A stretch of DNA of 51,684 nucleotides from Bdellovibrionota bacterium FG-1 (GCA_051382295.1 JBBCAW010000112.1:1-51684), one strand, 5' to 3'. Counted from the first letter of the stretch, positions 27,981 through 38,132 are shown. The notes: generated by a model not told the origin, from the sequence alone. Program-made: numbers and translations.

Positions 27981-30680
27981 TTAGCCAGGATTTCGACGAA
28001 TAGTCACCGCCGTCACCTTATACTCGGGAGTGTGGGTCACCGAATCGCGGCCTGCACCGGTGACATGATTCACCATCGCCTCGATGTCGTGAAAGGTCGA
28101 AAAAAGCTCACCTTCGCGAACCCGATCCGTGAGCCAGGCACGACCCACAAAACGTCCATACTTGCTTTCCACTTCGACTGGCACGTGCTGATCAATACCC
28201 AGGCGGAGGGCGTCAGTGGGATTAATCTCAATCAGATCGTCAGCCTGAAGTTCGCGGTTACGCGTCCTGCCCGACATCGTAGCTGCATTGAAATGGTAAA
28301 GAGACCGTCCGGTATTGAGCAGAAATGGAAACTGACTGGATACCACACTCGCGCTTGGACGATACTCCAATATCTGGAAACTTGCGCGTGGCCCAATCGG
28401 AAAAGAGGTTTGGTGAAGGACCCGAGTTCCCGGATGATCCTTTGTGGGACATGGCCACTGAATCCCTCCGTCCTCGAGGCGCTGGTATGAAATACCTGCG
28501 ACCGCAGGCCACACTTGCCGCACTTCATTCCAGATGGCTTCCGCGTCTTTGAAGGCAAACGAAGATTCAAAACCCATGCGTTTAGCTAGTAAGCAAAGGA
28601 TATCGAAGTCGGTCTTGGCGTCGCCACGGGCAGAAATCGCGCGCCGGACCCTTTGGATTCTTCGCTCGCCGTTCATGAACGTGCCATCTTTTTCAAAAGC
28701 GCTGGCGGTCGGTAAAAAAATCGTACCGAATTGTTTAGCGGTTTCATTCATGAACATATCAACCACGATAACGCTTTCTAACGCGCGAAATGACTGGGTC
28801 GTCGCGTGAAGATTGGGATGACTCAAAAGAACATCGTAGCCGATGACTAAGAGCGCCTTCATGCGCTGGGCAGTGGCGGCGTCCAGCATTTCCACGAGGT
28901 CGAGTCCAGGGTTTTTGGGAAGGACGCAGCCCCACACTTTTTCATGAAGTTCACGAACCGCCTCGAACTTCTGGTAACCCGTTAGCTTTGACGGCTCACA
29001 GCCCATGTTAGCGGTGCCTTGCACATTATTTTGTCCCCGAAGGGGATTGACCCCCGCCCCGGCATGCCCCAGGTTGCCGGTGAGCATCGCCAAATTTGCC
29101 AATGCCATGACACCCTCCGTGCCCTGGATGTGTTCAGTAATGCCAAGACCATGAAGGCACATTGCGGGTCTGGAGGTTGCGTAAATTCTTGCCGCGTCAA
29201 CGATATCCTTGGCTTCGACCTGGCAAATTTGAGCGGCATATTCAGGAGTCCATTTTTCGAGTGATTTTTTGAACTCCGAAAAAGCCAAAGTCCGATTTTG
29301 AATAAAGCTTTGGTCTTCGAGGCCTTTCTGAATAATCACGTGAGCGATCGCATTCAGAAGCGGGATGTTCGTGCCTGGCTTAGGTGCTAAGTGAGTCGTC
29401 GCTAAGCGGGCGAGCTCTGTTTTACGGGGGTCAATCACCACGATTGGGATACCGGCTAACACGCGCTGCTTGATGCGCGCGCCGACAATGGGGTGGTTTT
29501 CGGTGGGGTTGGAGCCAACCAGAAAAAAGGAGTGAGCCTCTTCGATATCGTCAAAACCGTTGGTCGCCGCACCTGTGCCAAATACAATGCCTAGGCCTGC
29601 CGCGCTTGGACCGTGACACACGCGGGCGCAGCAATCGACATTATTGGTGCCCACAACAACTCGGGCAAATTTGTTGGCCAAATAAGAGTCCTCGTTAGTG
29701 GCACGTGAAGACCCCAGGACACCGATCGCATCGGATCCGTGATCCTTTTGAATCCGAGTCAATGTTTTGGCGGTCTCATCCAGGGCCTCATCCCAGCTTA
29801 CTTTTGCCCAAGTTCCATTTCTTCGAATCATCGGGGTCGTGATTCGATCGGCCGAATCCACATACCCTGCCCCGTAGCGCCCCTTCACGCAGAGATGCCC
29901 CTTACTCGCGGGAGCATCCAAAACCGGGCGCATGACCACAATGGCGTCATTCTTGACGCCCACATTGACCTCACACCCCGTGCCACAATAAGCACAGGTC
30001 GTGCGAACCCATGTAGTCGGATCACCCGCAGCGACGAGCGAGGCATCCTCTAGGGCACCGGTCGGGCAGGTATCTACACATGCGCCACAGCTCACACAGC
30101 TACTTTCGAGCAGCGTGGTTCCGGCATTGGGGACAATTTGAGTGTTGGCCCCGCGATTGACCCGCTTCCAGACAAATTGCCCTTGCAGGTCCTCGCAAAT
30201 ATAGACACAGCGGTAACAGTGAATACAACGATTCATATCCATCTGAATATAAGGATGCTTAAAATCGGTGGGGTCCGAAGTCTTCTGAGGCTCAGTCCCC
30301 AATTCAATTCCGTATTCCTTTAAATGCTTATGAAAGAGCCGCGACGGAAACTGTTCTACCGCCTTTTTGGGGTAATTTCTCGCCAAGAGGGCAAGAGCTG
30401 AGCGACGGAATTCCTCGACGACAGGAGCGTGCGTTTGAATCGCCATCTTGTCTTCTACTGGCGTCGAGCACGCGCAGACTAAGCGGTCTTGACCAACCAC
30501 CTGGACTTCGCAGATTCGACAGGAGGCGGCCGGCGCCATTCGTGAATCATGGCAAAGCGTAGGAACCTCAAATCCGGCAAGGCGAATGGTATCGAGAATC
30601 GATGTACCGGTGGTGACTTGGACGGCTTTTCCATTGATCTCGACACGAACTGGGTTCAAGGGGTTCTTTTTTGAGGTCAT
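27981..30680 (-). CDS. fdhF: Formate dehydrogenase alpha subunit (molybdopterin, 2Fe-2S and 4Fe-4S domains)
   Basis: VPTLCH..CRICEV (2Fe-2S); CIHCYRC and CVSCGACVDTCP; CAYCGTGC...LCVKG; active-site CARVCH; PLRGQNNVQG; TPEYK. Confidence 0.9.
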   Translation of the reverse strand: MTSKKNPLNPVRVEINGKAVQVTTGTSILDTIRLAGFEVPTLCHDSRMAPAASCRICEVQVVGQDRLVCACSTPVEDKMAIQTHAPVVEEFRRSALALLARNYPKKAVEQFPSRLFHKHLKEYGIELGTEPQKTSDPTDFKHPYIQMDMNRCIHCYRCVYICEDLQGQFVWKRVNRGANTQIVPNAGTTLLESSCVSCGACVDTCPTGALEDASLVAAGDPTTWVRTTCAYCGTGCEVNVGVKNDAIVVMRPVLDAPASKGHLCVKGRYGAGYVDSADRITTPMIRRNGTWAKVSWDEALDETAKTLTRIQKDHGSDAIGVLGSSRATNEDSYLANKFARVVVGTNNVDCCARVCHGPSAAGLGIVFGTGAATNGFDDIEEAHSFFLVGSNPTENHPIVGARIKQRVLAGIPIVVIDPRKTELARLATTHLAPKPGTNIPLLNAIAHVIIQKGLEDQSFIQNRTLAFSEFKKSLEKWTPEYAAQICQVEAKDIVDAARIYATSRPAMCLHGLGITEHIQGTEGVMALANLAMLTGNLGHAGAGVNPLRGQNNVQGTANMGCEPSKLTGYQKFEAVRELHEKVWGCVLPKNPGLDLVEMLDAATAQRMKALLVIGYDVLLSHPNLHATTQSFRALESVIVVDMFMNETAKQFGTIFLPTASAFEKDGTFMNGERRIQRVRRAISARGDAKTDFDILCLLAKRMGFESSFAFKDAEAIWNEVRQVWPAVAGISYQRLEDGGIQWPCPTKDHPGTRVLHQTSFPIGPRASFQILEYRPSASVVSSQFPFLLNTGRSLYHFNAATMSGRTRNRELQADDLIEINPTDALRLGIDQHVPVEVESKYGRFVGRAWLTDRVREGELFSTFHDIEAMVNHVTGAGRDSVTHTPEYKVTAVTIRRNPG

Positions 30681-30722
30681 TCTTTATTTATATCGTATGA
30701 TTTCTTGCAGGGGGAACATTAT

Positions 30723-31796
30723 ATGATGTCAAAGGGATGCCTGCTGAGGCAGGTCTTGTTATGCCTTGTGTTTGGTTTGTCAGTGGTGTCCGGCGCACAA
30801 GCCCAGGGGGCTCAAGGAGTTTCAGGACGTCACTGGAAAGAAATTAAGATCGATGGCGCGTACTGTGGCGACGGCGCTGGATATTCCGTTTTTTTGAGTG
30901 AGGGGGCTTCCCGCAAAATCGCCTTTGATTTAATGGGAGGAGGAGCCTGCTGGAGTGCGAGCACGTGCTATGGGCTGCCAGAATCCTGGATTCACCCCCT
31001 GCCTGGGGTTTTCCAACCCAGCGGTTTTGTATCCTCAAACCCTGCGCTTTCGCCCGTGGCGGACTTCACGCTCGTCTACTTTCCCTATTGCACAGGGGAC
31101 GTTCACCTGGGGCGCCACGTGGCCACCTATCAGGGAGGCATGAAGGTCCGGCACGAAGGTCGCCTGAACTTCGAAAAATCCGTTACACAATTGATCGCCC
31201 AGGGACTGATTGAATTACCCCTGGCCGAAGAATTTGTCATGACTGGCTTCTCAGCTGGCGCATTGGGCGCCCTTCTTCACTCAACTTATGTGGCGCCACT
31301 CATTAAGAACGTTCCGGACAAAACCCTCATCTTGGATGCCCCGGGCCTACATTTTGGACAAAAATTTTGGGATAAATTCCCAAAGGAACTCATCGATGAT
31401 TACGCCGACGCACTCCAAGCAGTTGGGTTTGCATTAGCACCGGGAGAGGGCAATATCGCGGGTGTTATTCCACTCCTGTGCCAGCGCTTACCGGGTTGGC
31501 GTGTTGGAGTGCTGCAAGGAAGTCGCGATGTCGTTATGTCCGGCGTGTTTGGCGCGATTAGCCCGGAGGAACATGAAAAACTAGTGTACGGCCCCGGCGG
31601 ACTAGAGGCCCTCACGCAGGATGCAACGGATAACTGCGCGGCTTGGGTGCCGAGTTCAGAGATGCACACCTTTTTGGTGACCGACGAAACAGCTTCGATC
31701 AAGGCCAATGACGGCACAAGTGCGATGGATTTTGTACGTGAGCTGGTGAGTGGTACTTGGCGCGGTGGACGAGCCGCTGGACCGAATCATCTTTAG
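30723..31796 (+). CDS. Pectinacetylesterase/Notum-family secreted hydrolase
   Basis: CGDG, GGGACW, PYCTGDVHLG and GFSAG nucleophile elbow. Confidence 0.8.
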   Translation: MMSKGCLLRQVLLCLVFGLSVVSGAQAQGAQGVSGRHWKEIKIDGAYCGDGAGYSVFLSEGASRKIAFDLMGGGACWSASTCYGLPESWIHPLPGVFQPSGFVSSNPALSPVADFTLVYFPYCTGDVHLGRHVATYQGGMKVRHEGRLNFEKSVTQLIAQGLIELPLAEEFVMTGFSAGALGALLHSTYVAPLIKNVPDKTLILDAPGLHFGQKFWDKFPKELIDDYADALQAVGFALAPGEGNIAGVIPLLCQRLPGWRVGVLQGSRDVVMSGVFGAISPEEHEKLVYGPGGLEALTQDATDNCAAWVPSSEMHTFLVTDETASIKANDGTSAMDFVRELVSGTWRGGRAAGPNHL

Positions 31797-31811
31797 GATC
31801 TGAGCACCGGA

Positions 31812-32438
31812 TCACCTCAGCATTTTTGCCCAATAGGTCCGCACGGTGTTTCTTGCTAATTCGCACTGGGCAGACGAAAGATCTCGTGAACGCGAATAGA
31901 TAATAGAACTCATGACATCGTTTTCATCGGGAAAATGATAGAGATTGAGGTAATGTCCTAGTTCGTGCGCAATAATATTGCCAAAAGCCCCCACCCCTTG
32001 TTCTAAAACGATCCCGAGGGGTCTTGAGCCTGGCATCGTGGTCCACGCATTGGCCGTGGTTTTTCCAAGAGCGGATGACCGATCCCAAGCGGCAGTCGTG
32101 ACTACCAAGAGGCTTCGGTCGGAGCCAAAGGTGTTTCGAACGTGTTCAAGGTCGGAAAAATCAGCCGCCTGGTAGCGTAAGCCAAAGTCCAAAGGTTTGA
32201 CCTGCAAAAATTCGTCAACCTGAAAGGACAAATCGCAGCGTTTCCAAATTAGATTGACCAATTTCAGATTGTTTTCGGCTATTTTATGGTCGATTTCAAT
32301 GCGGCCATTTAAACCTTGGTAAACGACGTATTTGACGCCAAGACAGATTTGTCTCGAATCATCCGAATGACATGATTCAAATGCCTGGACGAAGGGACTT
32401 CCTAGTACAAAAAAAATCAGAAATAGAAAAAGAATCAC
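31812..32438 (-). CDS. Secreted metzincin/matrixin-like metalloprotease, paralog of 6632-7372
   Basis: HELGHYLNLYH; shared ICLG.K.V.Y and AWTTMPG motifs. Confidence 0.78.
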   Translation of the reverse strand: MILFLFLIFFVLGSPFVQAFESCHSDDSRQICLGVKYVVYQGLNGRIEIDHKIAENNLKLVNLIWKRCDLSFQVDEFLQVKPLDFGLRYQAADFSDLEHVRNTFGSDRSLLVVTTAAWDRSSALGKTTANAWTTMPGSRPLGIVLEQGVGAFGNIIAHELGHYLNLYHFPDENDVMSSIIYSRSRDLSSAQCELARNTVRTYWAKMLR

Positions 32439-32481
32439 TCAGCCAAGGTTACTCAAAATGGAATGATAAGTTCAATAGTAT

Positions 32482-34152
32482 TTAACGGCGCTTGAGAATA
32501 AGACTTAAGAGCAGGAGTCCACCCATTCCTAGGAATATGACCGAAAGGAGAGGATACTCACCAATGGATTTTTCGGAGGAGTGCTGAAGCGCGAGGCTGC
32601 TGGAAATGAAGAGGCCAGAAATGAGAATGCTTAAACTCATTCGCCGCCCGTTTAAATCCATTTGTTTTCGAATATCGACCAATTCGGGAAGTTTGATTTC
32701 GAAAGCAAAGTCGTTGCTGTTGAACTTTCGAAACATCCAACGAATTTGCCTCGGCAAAATCTGAAATAGCGAGGCCACATCTTTGGCCACCCATAAAAAA
32801 TCCTTGGATAACCGTTGGATCGAATACTGGTCCTTGACGATGTCCTTAATGAGATCTTGCCCCATTGATAGCAGGTCAAAGGTGGGGTCCAGCGTCCGGC
32901 CCATTCCTTCGATGGTCAAGATTGCTTTAAAAACAAGCATCCAGTCGCCTGGCACCTGAATCTGATAATGGGTGGCAATTTTAGTGGCCTCGATCAGGAT
33001 TCGCCCCGCATTCAGATCCGCTAAAGATAAGCCGAGATAAGGGGCTAAAGAATTTCGGACTTCGCGTTGAAACCCATCAAAGTCAATAGAAGGCGGGGCA
33101 GCGCCCAGCTCGGCGTATTGGTAGCAAAGCATTTCGTAGTCCTCGGTCAGAAGTGCCATGACCATCGACGCAAGCTGATCCCTGGATTTTTTGGAAAGGC
33201 GGCCGACAATGCCAAAATCGATGATGCCTAGGCGATTGCCGGGCAAAATAAAAAGATTTCCGCCATGAAGGTCGCCATGAAAAAGGCCATCCATCATGAC
33301 GGATTTAAAAAAGGCGCGAGCCCCTATTTCGACAACCTGTTTTCGATCAATCCCCGCGCGATCCAGCGCCTCAGTGTCGTTGACCCGAATACCCTCTAGG
33401 CGCTCTAAGGTTAGAATTCGATGGGTGCTGAGTTCCTTATACACTTTCGGGATGACCACTTCCGGGATGGTGGCCAGGTTTTCGGCCATCTTGGTCATGT
33501 TGTTCGCTTCGACTACAAAATCGAGCTCATAGGACAACGTTCGAAAGAACTCGTTGACGATAATCTTTGGCCCGATAACACGGCTTTCTGGAACATATTT
33601 TTCCAAAAGACCGGCCATAAACGCCAGAATGGAAATATCGGTATCGATAATTTTTTCGATTTCAGGGCGCTGAACCTTGACGACAACTTTTTCGCCCGAC
33701 TTCAGCAAGGCTGTATGGACCTGACCGATGCTGGCCGCTCCAATCGGAACGGGATCAAATGAGCTGTAGGCTTCTTCGAGTTTTTTCCCGAGCTGTTCTT
33801 CGATGATCGTCTTGACCGTCTCAAACGGCAACGGTTGTACGCTATCTTGGAGTCGCGTAAATTCTTCGATATACGATTCAGGAAGTAAATCGGGGCGGGT
33901 TGAAAGCAGTTGGCCTAGTTTCACAAAAGTGGGCCCCAGCTCTTCAAAGGCAAGACGCAACCGTTCAGAAATGGTTTTATCGGCCTGTTCTTCGGCGAAA
34001 GTCGCTAACCGCTTGGGGAGAAATTTTCCAAGGTTCATGCGATCGACAATGTCCGCAAAACCATGTTTGGCAAAAACTGAGATAATCTGGCGCAGCCGCT
34101 GCACGTTTTTGACCGCTTGCCCCAGCTGCATGCCTTTTTTGATCCATCTCAT
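32482..34152 (-). CDS. ubiB: ABC1/UbiB family atypical kinase
   Basis: LGPTFVKLGQLLSTRPD, AASIGQVH, VVKVQRP, FHGDLHGGN and DFGIVG. Confidence 0.9.
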   Translation of the reverse strand: MRWIKKGMQLGQAVKNVQRLRQIISVFAKHGFADIVDRMNLGKFLPKRLATFAEEQADKTISERLRLAFEELGPTFVKLGQLLSTRPDLLPESYIEEFTRLQDSVQPLPFETVKTIIEEQLGKKLEEAYSSFDPVPIGAASIGQVHTALLKSGEKVVVKVQRPEIEKIIDTDISILAFMAGLLEKYVPESRVIGPKIIVNEFFRTLSYELDFVVEANNMTKMAENLATIPEVVIPKVYKELSTHRILTLERLEGIRVNDTEALDRAGIDRKQVVEIGARAFFKSVMMDGLFHGDLHGGNLFILPGNRLGIIDFGIVGRLSKKSRDQLASMVMALLTEDYEMLCYQYAELGAAPPSIDFDGFQREVRNSLAPYLGLSLADLNAGRILIEATKIATHYQIQVPGDWMLVFKAILTIEGMGRTLDPTFDLLSMGQDLIKDIVKDQYSIQRLSKDFLWVAKDVASLFQILPRQIRWMFRKFNSNDFAFEIKLPELVDIRKQMDLNGRRMSLSILISGLFISSSLALQHSSEKSIGEYPLLSVIFLGMGGLLLLSLILKRR

Positions 34153-34196
34153 CGGTACCTAAGAGAATCTCAAGACCTTGCGCAAGTGTCACTGGG

Positions 34197-36467
34197 CTAA
34201 TTTTGCCGCCTTTTTTGTTTTCTCTGTTTTTGCGAATTGCCTATTGGCCCTCGTGGCCGTTCCTTTATTTTTGGAGACGGGCCGCCACGAGTGCCACCCT
34301 GAGTACCCCCTTCGAGGAGCTCAAAATCAACCATCCGCTTGTCAATATCCGCGCGTGCGACCCGGACTTTGACTCGATCCCCCATGCGAAACGTTCGTCT
34401 CTTGCGGACGCCATAAAAAACCATGTGCTCGTCATCAAAGCGATAAAAGTCATCCTGAAGCGTTTCTTTGAGGACCATTCCTTCCACAAAGGGATCATCC
34501 AAAACGACGAAAAATCCGTTTTCCGTCATTCCATTGACCTTTCCAGCAAAGTCCTCACCCAGGTGCGCCCGCATGAGTCGCACCTGCTTGAGACGGATGG
34601 CATCTCGTTCCGCATCCGTTGCGAGGCGTTCACGGTAGCTGCAGTGTTCAGCGATGTCCGTGAGTTCTTTTTCAAGGAGTTGCCGGGCCCGTTCGTTGAG
34701 TTTTTTCTGGGTCCCGTTATCGGCCCTGAGGATTTGCCGGATCAGCCGATGAACGACCAGATCCGGATATCGGCGAATGGGACTGGTAAAATGGGTATAG
34801 CCTTCGGAGGCCAGGCCAAAATGGATTCCATGCACCGCGCTGTAAGCCGCCTGTCTCATCGATCTCAAGAGTGCGACACTGAGGAGGTCTTTAGCGGGAT
34901 GTTTGTCGAGCTCGCGGACGAGCTTAGCCATCACTTTGGGCGAAGCATCGCCGATCGAAAAGGACACCCCAACATTGGCGGCTAAGGTTTGAAATTTTTG
35001 CAGAGCCTGCATCGCGGGCACGTCATGCACCCGGTAAATAAAGGGCCAACCGTGAGCCATCGCCCATTGGGTGACGGCTTCATTCGCCGCGATCATGAAT
35101 TCCTCGATCAATCGATGGGCATCCAGGCGCGCGCGATTTTTGATCGAAATGACTTCGCCGGTTTTTTCGACTAGCAATTCAGCCTCTGGAAAATCAAAAT
35201 CGATTGAACCTCGCGCTGTTCGGCTTCGTCGAATCAACCCATAAAGTTCAAAGTGAGGCTTGAATTCCCAATGGGGATCCATTGCGGATTTTAGGTACTC
35301 TTCTTGAATTTGATTATAGGTTGCGCGACGCTTACTTTGAATGACCGCTTCCATCAGCACGGTTTGGGTGCGTTCGCCTTTTTTATTGTATTCCATCCGC
35401 GCCACCAAGGTCAGACGAGGCTCGTCGGGCCGCAACGAACAAAGGTTTTCGGAGAGTGCGCGCGGCAACATATGGAAGGCCCGCTCTGGAAAGTATACGC
35501 TGGTGCCCCTCGATCTTGCGGAGTCGTCTAGAGGCGTGCCAGGCTGAACATAGTGACTGACATCCGCGATGGCGACCCAAAGGATATGGCCATTTTTGGT
35601 GGCCTCAACATAAATAGCATCGTCAAAGTCTCGGGCCGTCTCGCCGTCGATGGTGATAAACGGGGTCTTCCGCAAATCCACCCTGCCTTCAAGGTCTTTC
35701 CCTGGAATCTCTAGGGTCATTTCCCGGGCTTGGCGTTCTGCTGCCTCCGGATGCTCTTCAACCAAGCTATACTCGTGGGCGATCATGGACACATCCGCCC
35801 TGGGTGGGAGGTCAGCGCCATAGCATTCTATGATCGTAGCGGTGACCAGGTGTTCGCCTGTTTCATGAAACTCGAGTTTGCACCGAACCCAGTCCCCCTC
35901 CTTTGGCGCAGGAGTTCCCGGGACCGCATAGTCGGGAATATAAACTTGTTCGCGGTTCTTTTTCCGTTCGTAGACCACCGAGCCACTGCGGGTGCGGCCG
36001 GTGGGATGGGGCACAAAGTGGCCCGTTAATTCTTGGAACCGGTGTTGAATCACCTTGATCGATTGAACCTCACCGCGCTTGGCGAGGGTAACTTCGACGC
36101 GATCTCCGTGAAAAAGGGCAGCCGCCTGGCGGGGCGGGACAAAGGCGTCTTCGACATCACGGTTTTCAAAGGAAAGAAAGGCAAAGCCCTTACGGTTTTT
36201 GTCGACGGTGGCCTTGAGGCACAGCGAAGGCCTGCTGGGTGTGATGCGCCGAACGCGCTCTTCTGATCGTCCGTAATCCATGGAGTGCGAAGTCGGAGTG
36301 GGCGGTATAAACTCTCTAGGAGCTTGAACCGGCTCTTTGTCCCGCTTTTTGATCGCATGGACTTTGCCACTTCGATCCTTTAAACCGAAGTCCTTTGGAC
36401 CAGAGTCTTTTGGACCAGAATCCTTTATACCGAAATTTCGTGGACCACCGTTGTTTTTTTTCTTCAT
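34197..36467 (-). CDS. rnr: Ribonuclease R
   Basis: Cold-shock domain, TIDGETARDFDDA, HFTSPIRRYPDLVVHR, S1 domain and basic tail. Confidence 0.93.
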   Translation of the reverse strand: MKKKNNGGPRNFGIKDSGPKDSGPKDFGLKDRSGKVHAIKKRDKEPVQAPREFIPPTPTSHSMDYGRSEERVRRITPSRPSLCLKATVDKNRKGFAFLSFENRDVEDAFVPPRQAAALFHGDRVEVTLAKRGEVQSIKVIQHRFQELTGHFVPHPTGRTRSGSVVYERKKNREQVYIPDYAVPGTPAPKEGDWVRCKLEFHETGEHLVTATIIECYGADLPPRADVSMIAHEYSLVEEHPEAAERQAREMTLEIPGKDLEGRVDLRKTPFITIDGETARDFDDAIYVEATKNGHILWVAIADVSHYVQPGTPLDDSARSRGTSVYFPERAFHMLPRALSENLCSLRPDEPRLTLVARMEYNKKGERTQTVLMEAVIQSKRRATYNQIQEEYLKSAMDPHWEFKPHFELYGLIRRSRTARGSIDFDFPEAELLVEKTGEVISIKNRARLDAHRLIEEFMIAANEAVTQWAMAHGWPFIYRVHDVPAMQALQKFQTLAANVGVSFSIGDASPKVMAKLVRELDKHPAKDLLSVALLRSMRQAAYSAVHGIHFGLASEGYTHFTSPIRRYPDLVVHRLIRQILRADNGTQKKLNERARQLLEKELTDIAEHCSYRERLATDAERDAIRLKQVRLMRAHLGEDFAGKVNGMTENGFFVVLDDPFVEGMVLKETLQDDFYRFDDEHMVFYGVRKRRTFRMGDRVKVRVARADIDKRMVDFELLEGGTQGGTRGGPSPKIKERPRGPIGNSQKQRKQKRRQN

Positions 36468-36502
36468 GCAGAGTCGAGCCTCAGCTCAACTCTAACCTAT
36501 CC

Positions 36503-37303
36503 TTATTGACAGGTATAGGTCTTACCGCTTGAATCAAAGCAACGGGTCACATGTAGATCGGTAATGACCAAGCTGACGCAATTATCGGATTCAATCGGTG
36601 CATTGAAGCCAAATTTAAGTTGGCCCATATTGTTGATCGTTCGTTGAGTGGCTCCAGTAATCGGGAAAATCTCGGTTCCGTCGGTCGCATAAAATCCAGC
36701 GGGTTGCCCCTGATTGGTTGTTCCGCTTCCCGCCATATCGATTTGATTGCAGTCGAGCTTGGAGCTCACCACGTTGATCAAGCCACCCAAATACTGGGTG
36801 ACTTTCATGCTCATGCTGCCCCAGCCGGCCCCACCTACAAAATGCAGCTGATCGCCAGGGAAGACCTGAATTCTAGGGTTATAAGCACTCACGCCAGTGA
36901 TGTCACCAGGGACCAGGTAGGGAAAAGGTCCCGTCTTATTGTAAAGAAAGATCCCTTTGAAAGGATAGGTGGTGGTCCCGTAGCCGGTGCCATAATTGAG
37001 AGTTTGGACGAAACGGCAGACCTGAACTCCTTGAACCACAGTCATCTGGCCATTTGAAGCGTAACAAGCACTATTGATGTCCGCAAAGCCGGAGGCACAT
37101 CCACCCACCAGCGGAAACTGCCCAGCGGGACATCCCACAACCACTGTCGGAGTTGGCGTCGGAGTTGGGTCCGGTGTCGTCACGGGAGCCGCCGTTGCGA
37201 CCACAGGGGCCGTGGGGTCTGGTGCCTTACCGCAGGCACTCAGAAGAGTGGCCGGGGTTAAAATCAAAGTCATTACTCCGATAAAACGCGTGGTTTTTTT
37301 CAT
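36503..37303 (-). CDS. Lipoprotein with Pro/Thr linker and Cys-rich domain
   Basis: ATG 37303, lipobox LSAC, TPDPTPTPTPT. Confidence 0.7.
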   Translation of the reverse strand: MKKTTRFIGVMTLILTPATLLSACGKAPDPTAPVVATAAPVTTPDPTPTPTPTVVVGCPAGQFPLVGGCASGFADINSACYASNGQMTVVQGVQVCRFVQTLNYGTGYGTTTYPFKGIFLYNKTGPFPYLVPGDITGVSAYNPRIQVFPGDQLHFVGGAGWGSMSMKVTQYLGGLINVVSSKLDCNQIDMAGSGTTNQGQPAGFYATDGTEIFPITGATQRTINNMGQLKFGFNAPIESDNCVSLVITDLHVTRCFDSSGKTYTCQ

Positions 37304-37547
37304 AGCTAACGACGAATACTTCACGCTTTGTGCCAACGCACTCGGAGGACAAAAGAATGGCGGTCTTGATGGATAGTCTGAAAAACACATTTATTTTCAA
37401 TAGTTTGCGAGCTGGTGTTTCGTTTGTCAAAACTAGGCTTATTTCCTACCCTATTGGGATAGGTGTCTAAGACTTTGTCGACTGGCTAGCAGAAACAGTA
37501 CCAAAAACGGCTTTTCCAGGATATACGCATCAGAGAAGGCCTCCTGT

Positions 37548-37586
37548 GCCCGGGTGGTGGAATTGGTAGACACACTCGTTTCAGGG
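37548..37586 (+). pseudogene. 5' half of the disrupted host tRNA-Leu(CAG), attL side
   Basis: GCCCGGG-TG-GTGGAATTGGTAGACAC-A-CTCGT-TTCAGGG, then unrelated sequence. Its acceptor and anticodon stems pair with 47076-47120. Confidence 0.92.
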
Positions 37587-37606
37587 TTTTATGGTTCTAA
37601 AAATAT

Positions 37607-37691
37607 GCGGGCGTGGTGGAATTGGTAGACACGTACGATTCAGGGTCGTATGCCGCAAGGTGTGAAGGTTCAAGTCCTTTCGCCCGCACCA
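37607..37691 (+). tRNA. tRNA-Leu(CAG), intact and island-borne
   Basis: GCGGGCG/CGCCCGC acceptor stem with ACCA end; anticodon arm TACGA-TTCAGGG-TCGTA; long variable arm; GGTTCAAGTCC T-arm. Confidence 0.97.
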
Positions 37692-37704
37692 CTTTAGACC
37701 ATAA

Positions 37705-37717
37705 AATCAGGCAGTTA
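37705..37717 (+). promoter_or_regulatory. IHF consensus match
   Basis: AATCAGGCAGTTA fits WATCARNNNNTTR exactly. A one-mismatch copy, TTTCAACGACTTA, is at 46937-46949 near the other island end. Confidence 0.45.
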
Positions 37718-38132
37718 CAAAGTAAAGACTCTGCCGCCCCCGTCTGACGTAAGTTGAAAAACCGTGAGACCAAGTTCCCAACGGAGGAACGAATCTCATG
37801 AATGCAGTCAATCATCGTCAGGTACCTGGCGGAGTTCGAACGCTCAGTGATTCAGGAGCGGACTCGCGCCGGCCTCATCGCAGCCCGTTCGCGCGGTCGT
37901 CGCGGCGGGCGCCCCAACCTCATGGATGAAAAGAAAACTGCGCTTGCCCGCCGGATGCATGCGGACCCGGCAAACACCGCCGCCGACATTTGCTGCGCTC
38001 TCGGGGTCTTCCGGGCCACGATGTACCGGTCATTAAAAACTCGGGCCGAACTTCCCCCAGCATCCAAAACCCTATATCAAGACGTCAACTCAATTCCAGC
38101 TGAACTCTGACGGGCACGGCAGAGCATTTACG
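37718..38132 (+). mobile_element. 415-bp non-autonomous IS-derived mini-element, left copy
   Basis: 26-bp imperfect TIRs (37722-37747 and 38106-38131, 21/26). Contains the 3' half of a resolvase gene. Inverted copy at 46472-46886, with 4 substitutions noticed by eye. Confidence 0.85.
37802..38110 (+). pseudogene. C-terminal fragment of a resolvase/invertase-type serine recombinase
   Basis: LAEFERSVIQERTRAGLIAARSRGRRGGRP and HTH ICCALGVFRATMYR; the N-terminal catalytic domain is absent. Confidence 0.88.

Noticed and set aside
29620..29640. Selenocysteine in formate dehydrogenase
   Set aside because: The active-site motif CARVCH uses Cys and the ORF has no in-frame TGA.
36376..36426. 15-bp tandem repeats at the 5' end of rnr (KDSGP-like units)
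   Set aside because: A low-complexity coding extension with no spacers; not CRISPR-like.
37548..37586. Simple partial tandem duplication of the intact tRNA at 37607
   Set aside because: Its acceptor and anticodon stems differ from that tRNA and instead pair with the 3' half at 47076-47120.
37802..38110. Resolvase ORFs (also 46494-46802) as the island's integrase
   Set aside because: Both lack the catalytic N-terminal domain, and a 7-bp overlap is not typical of serine recombinases.
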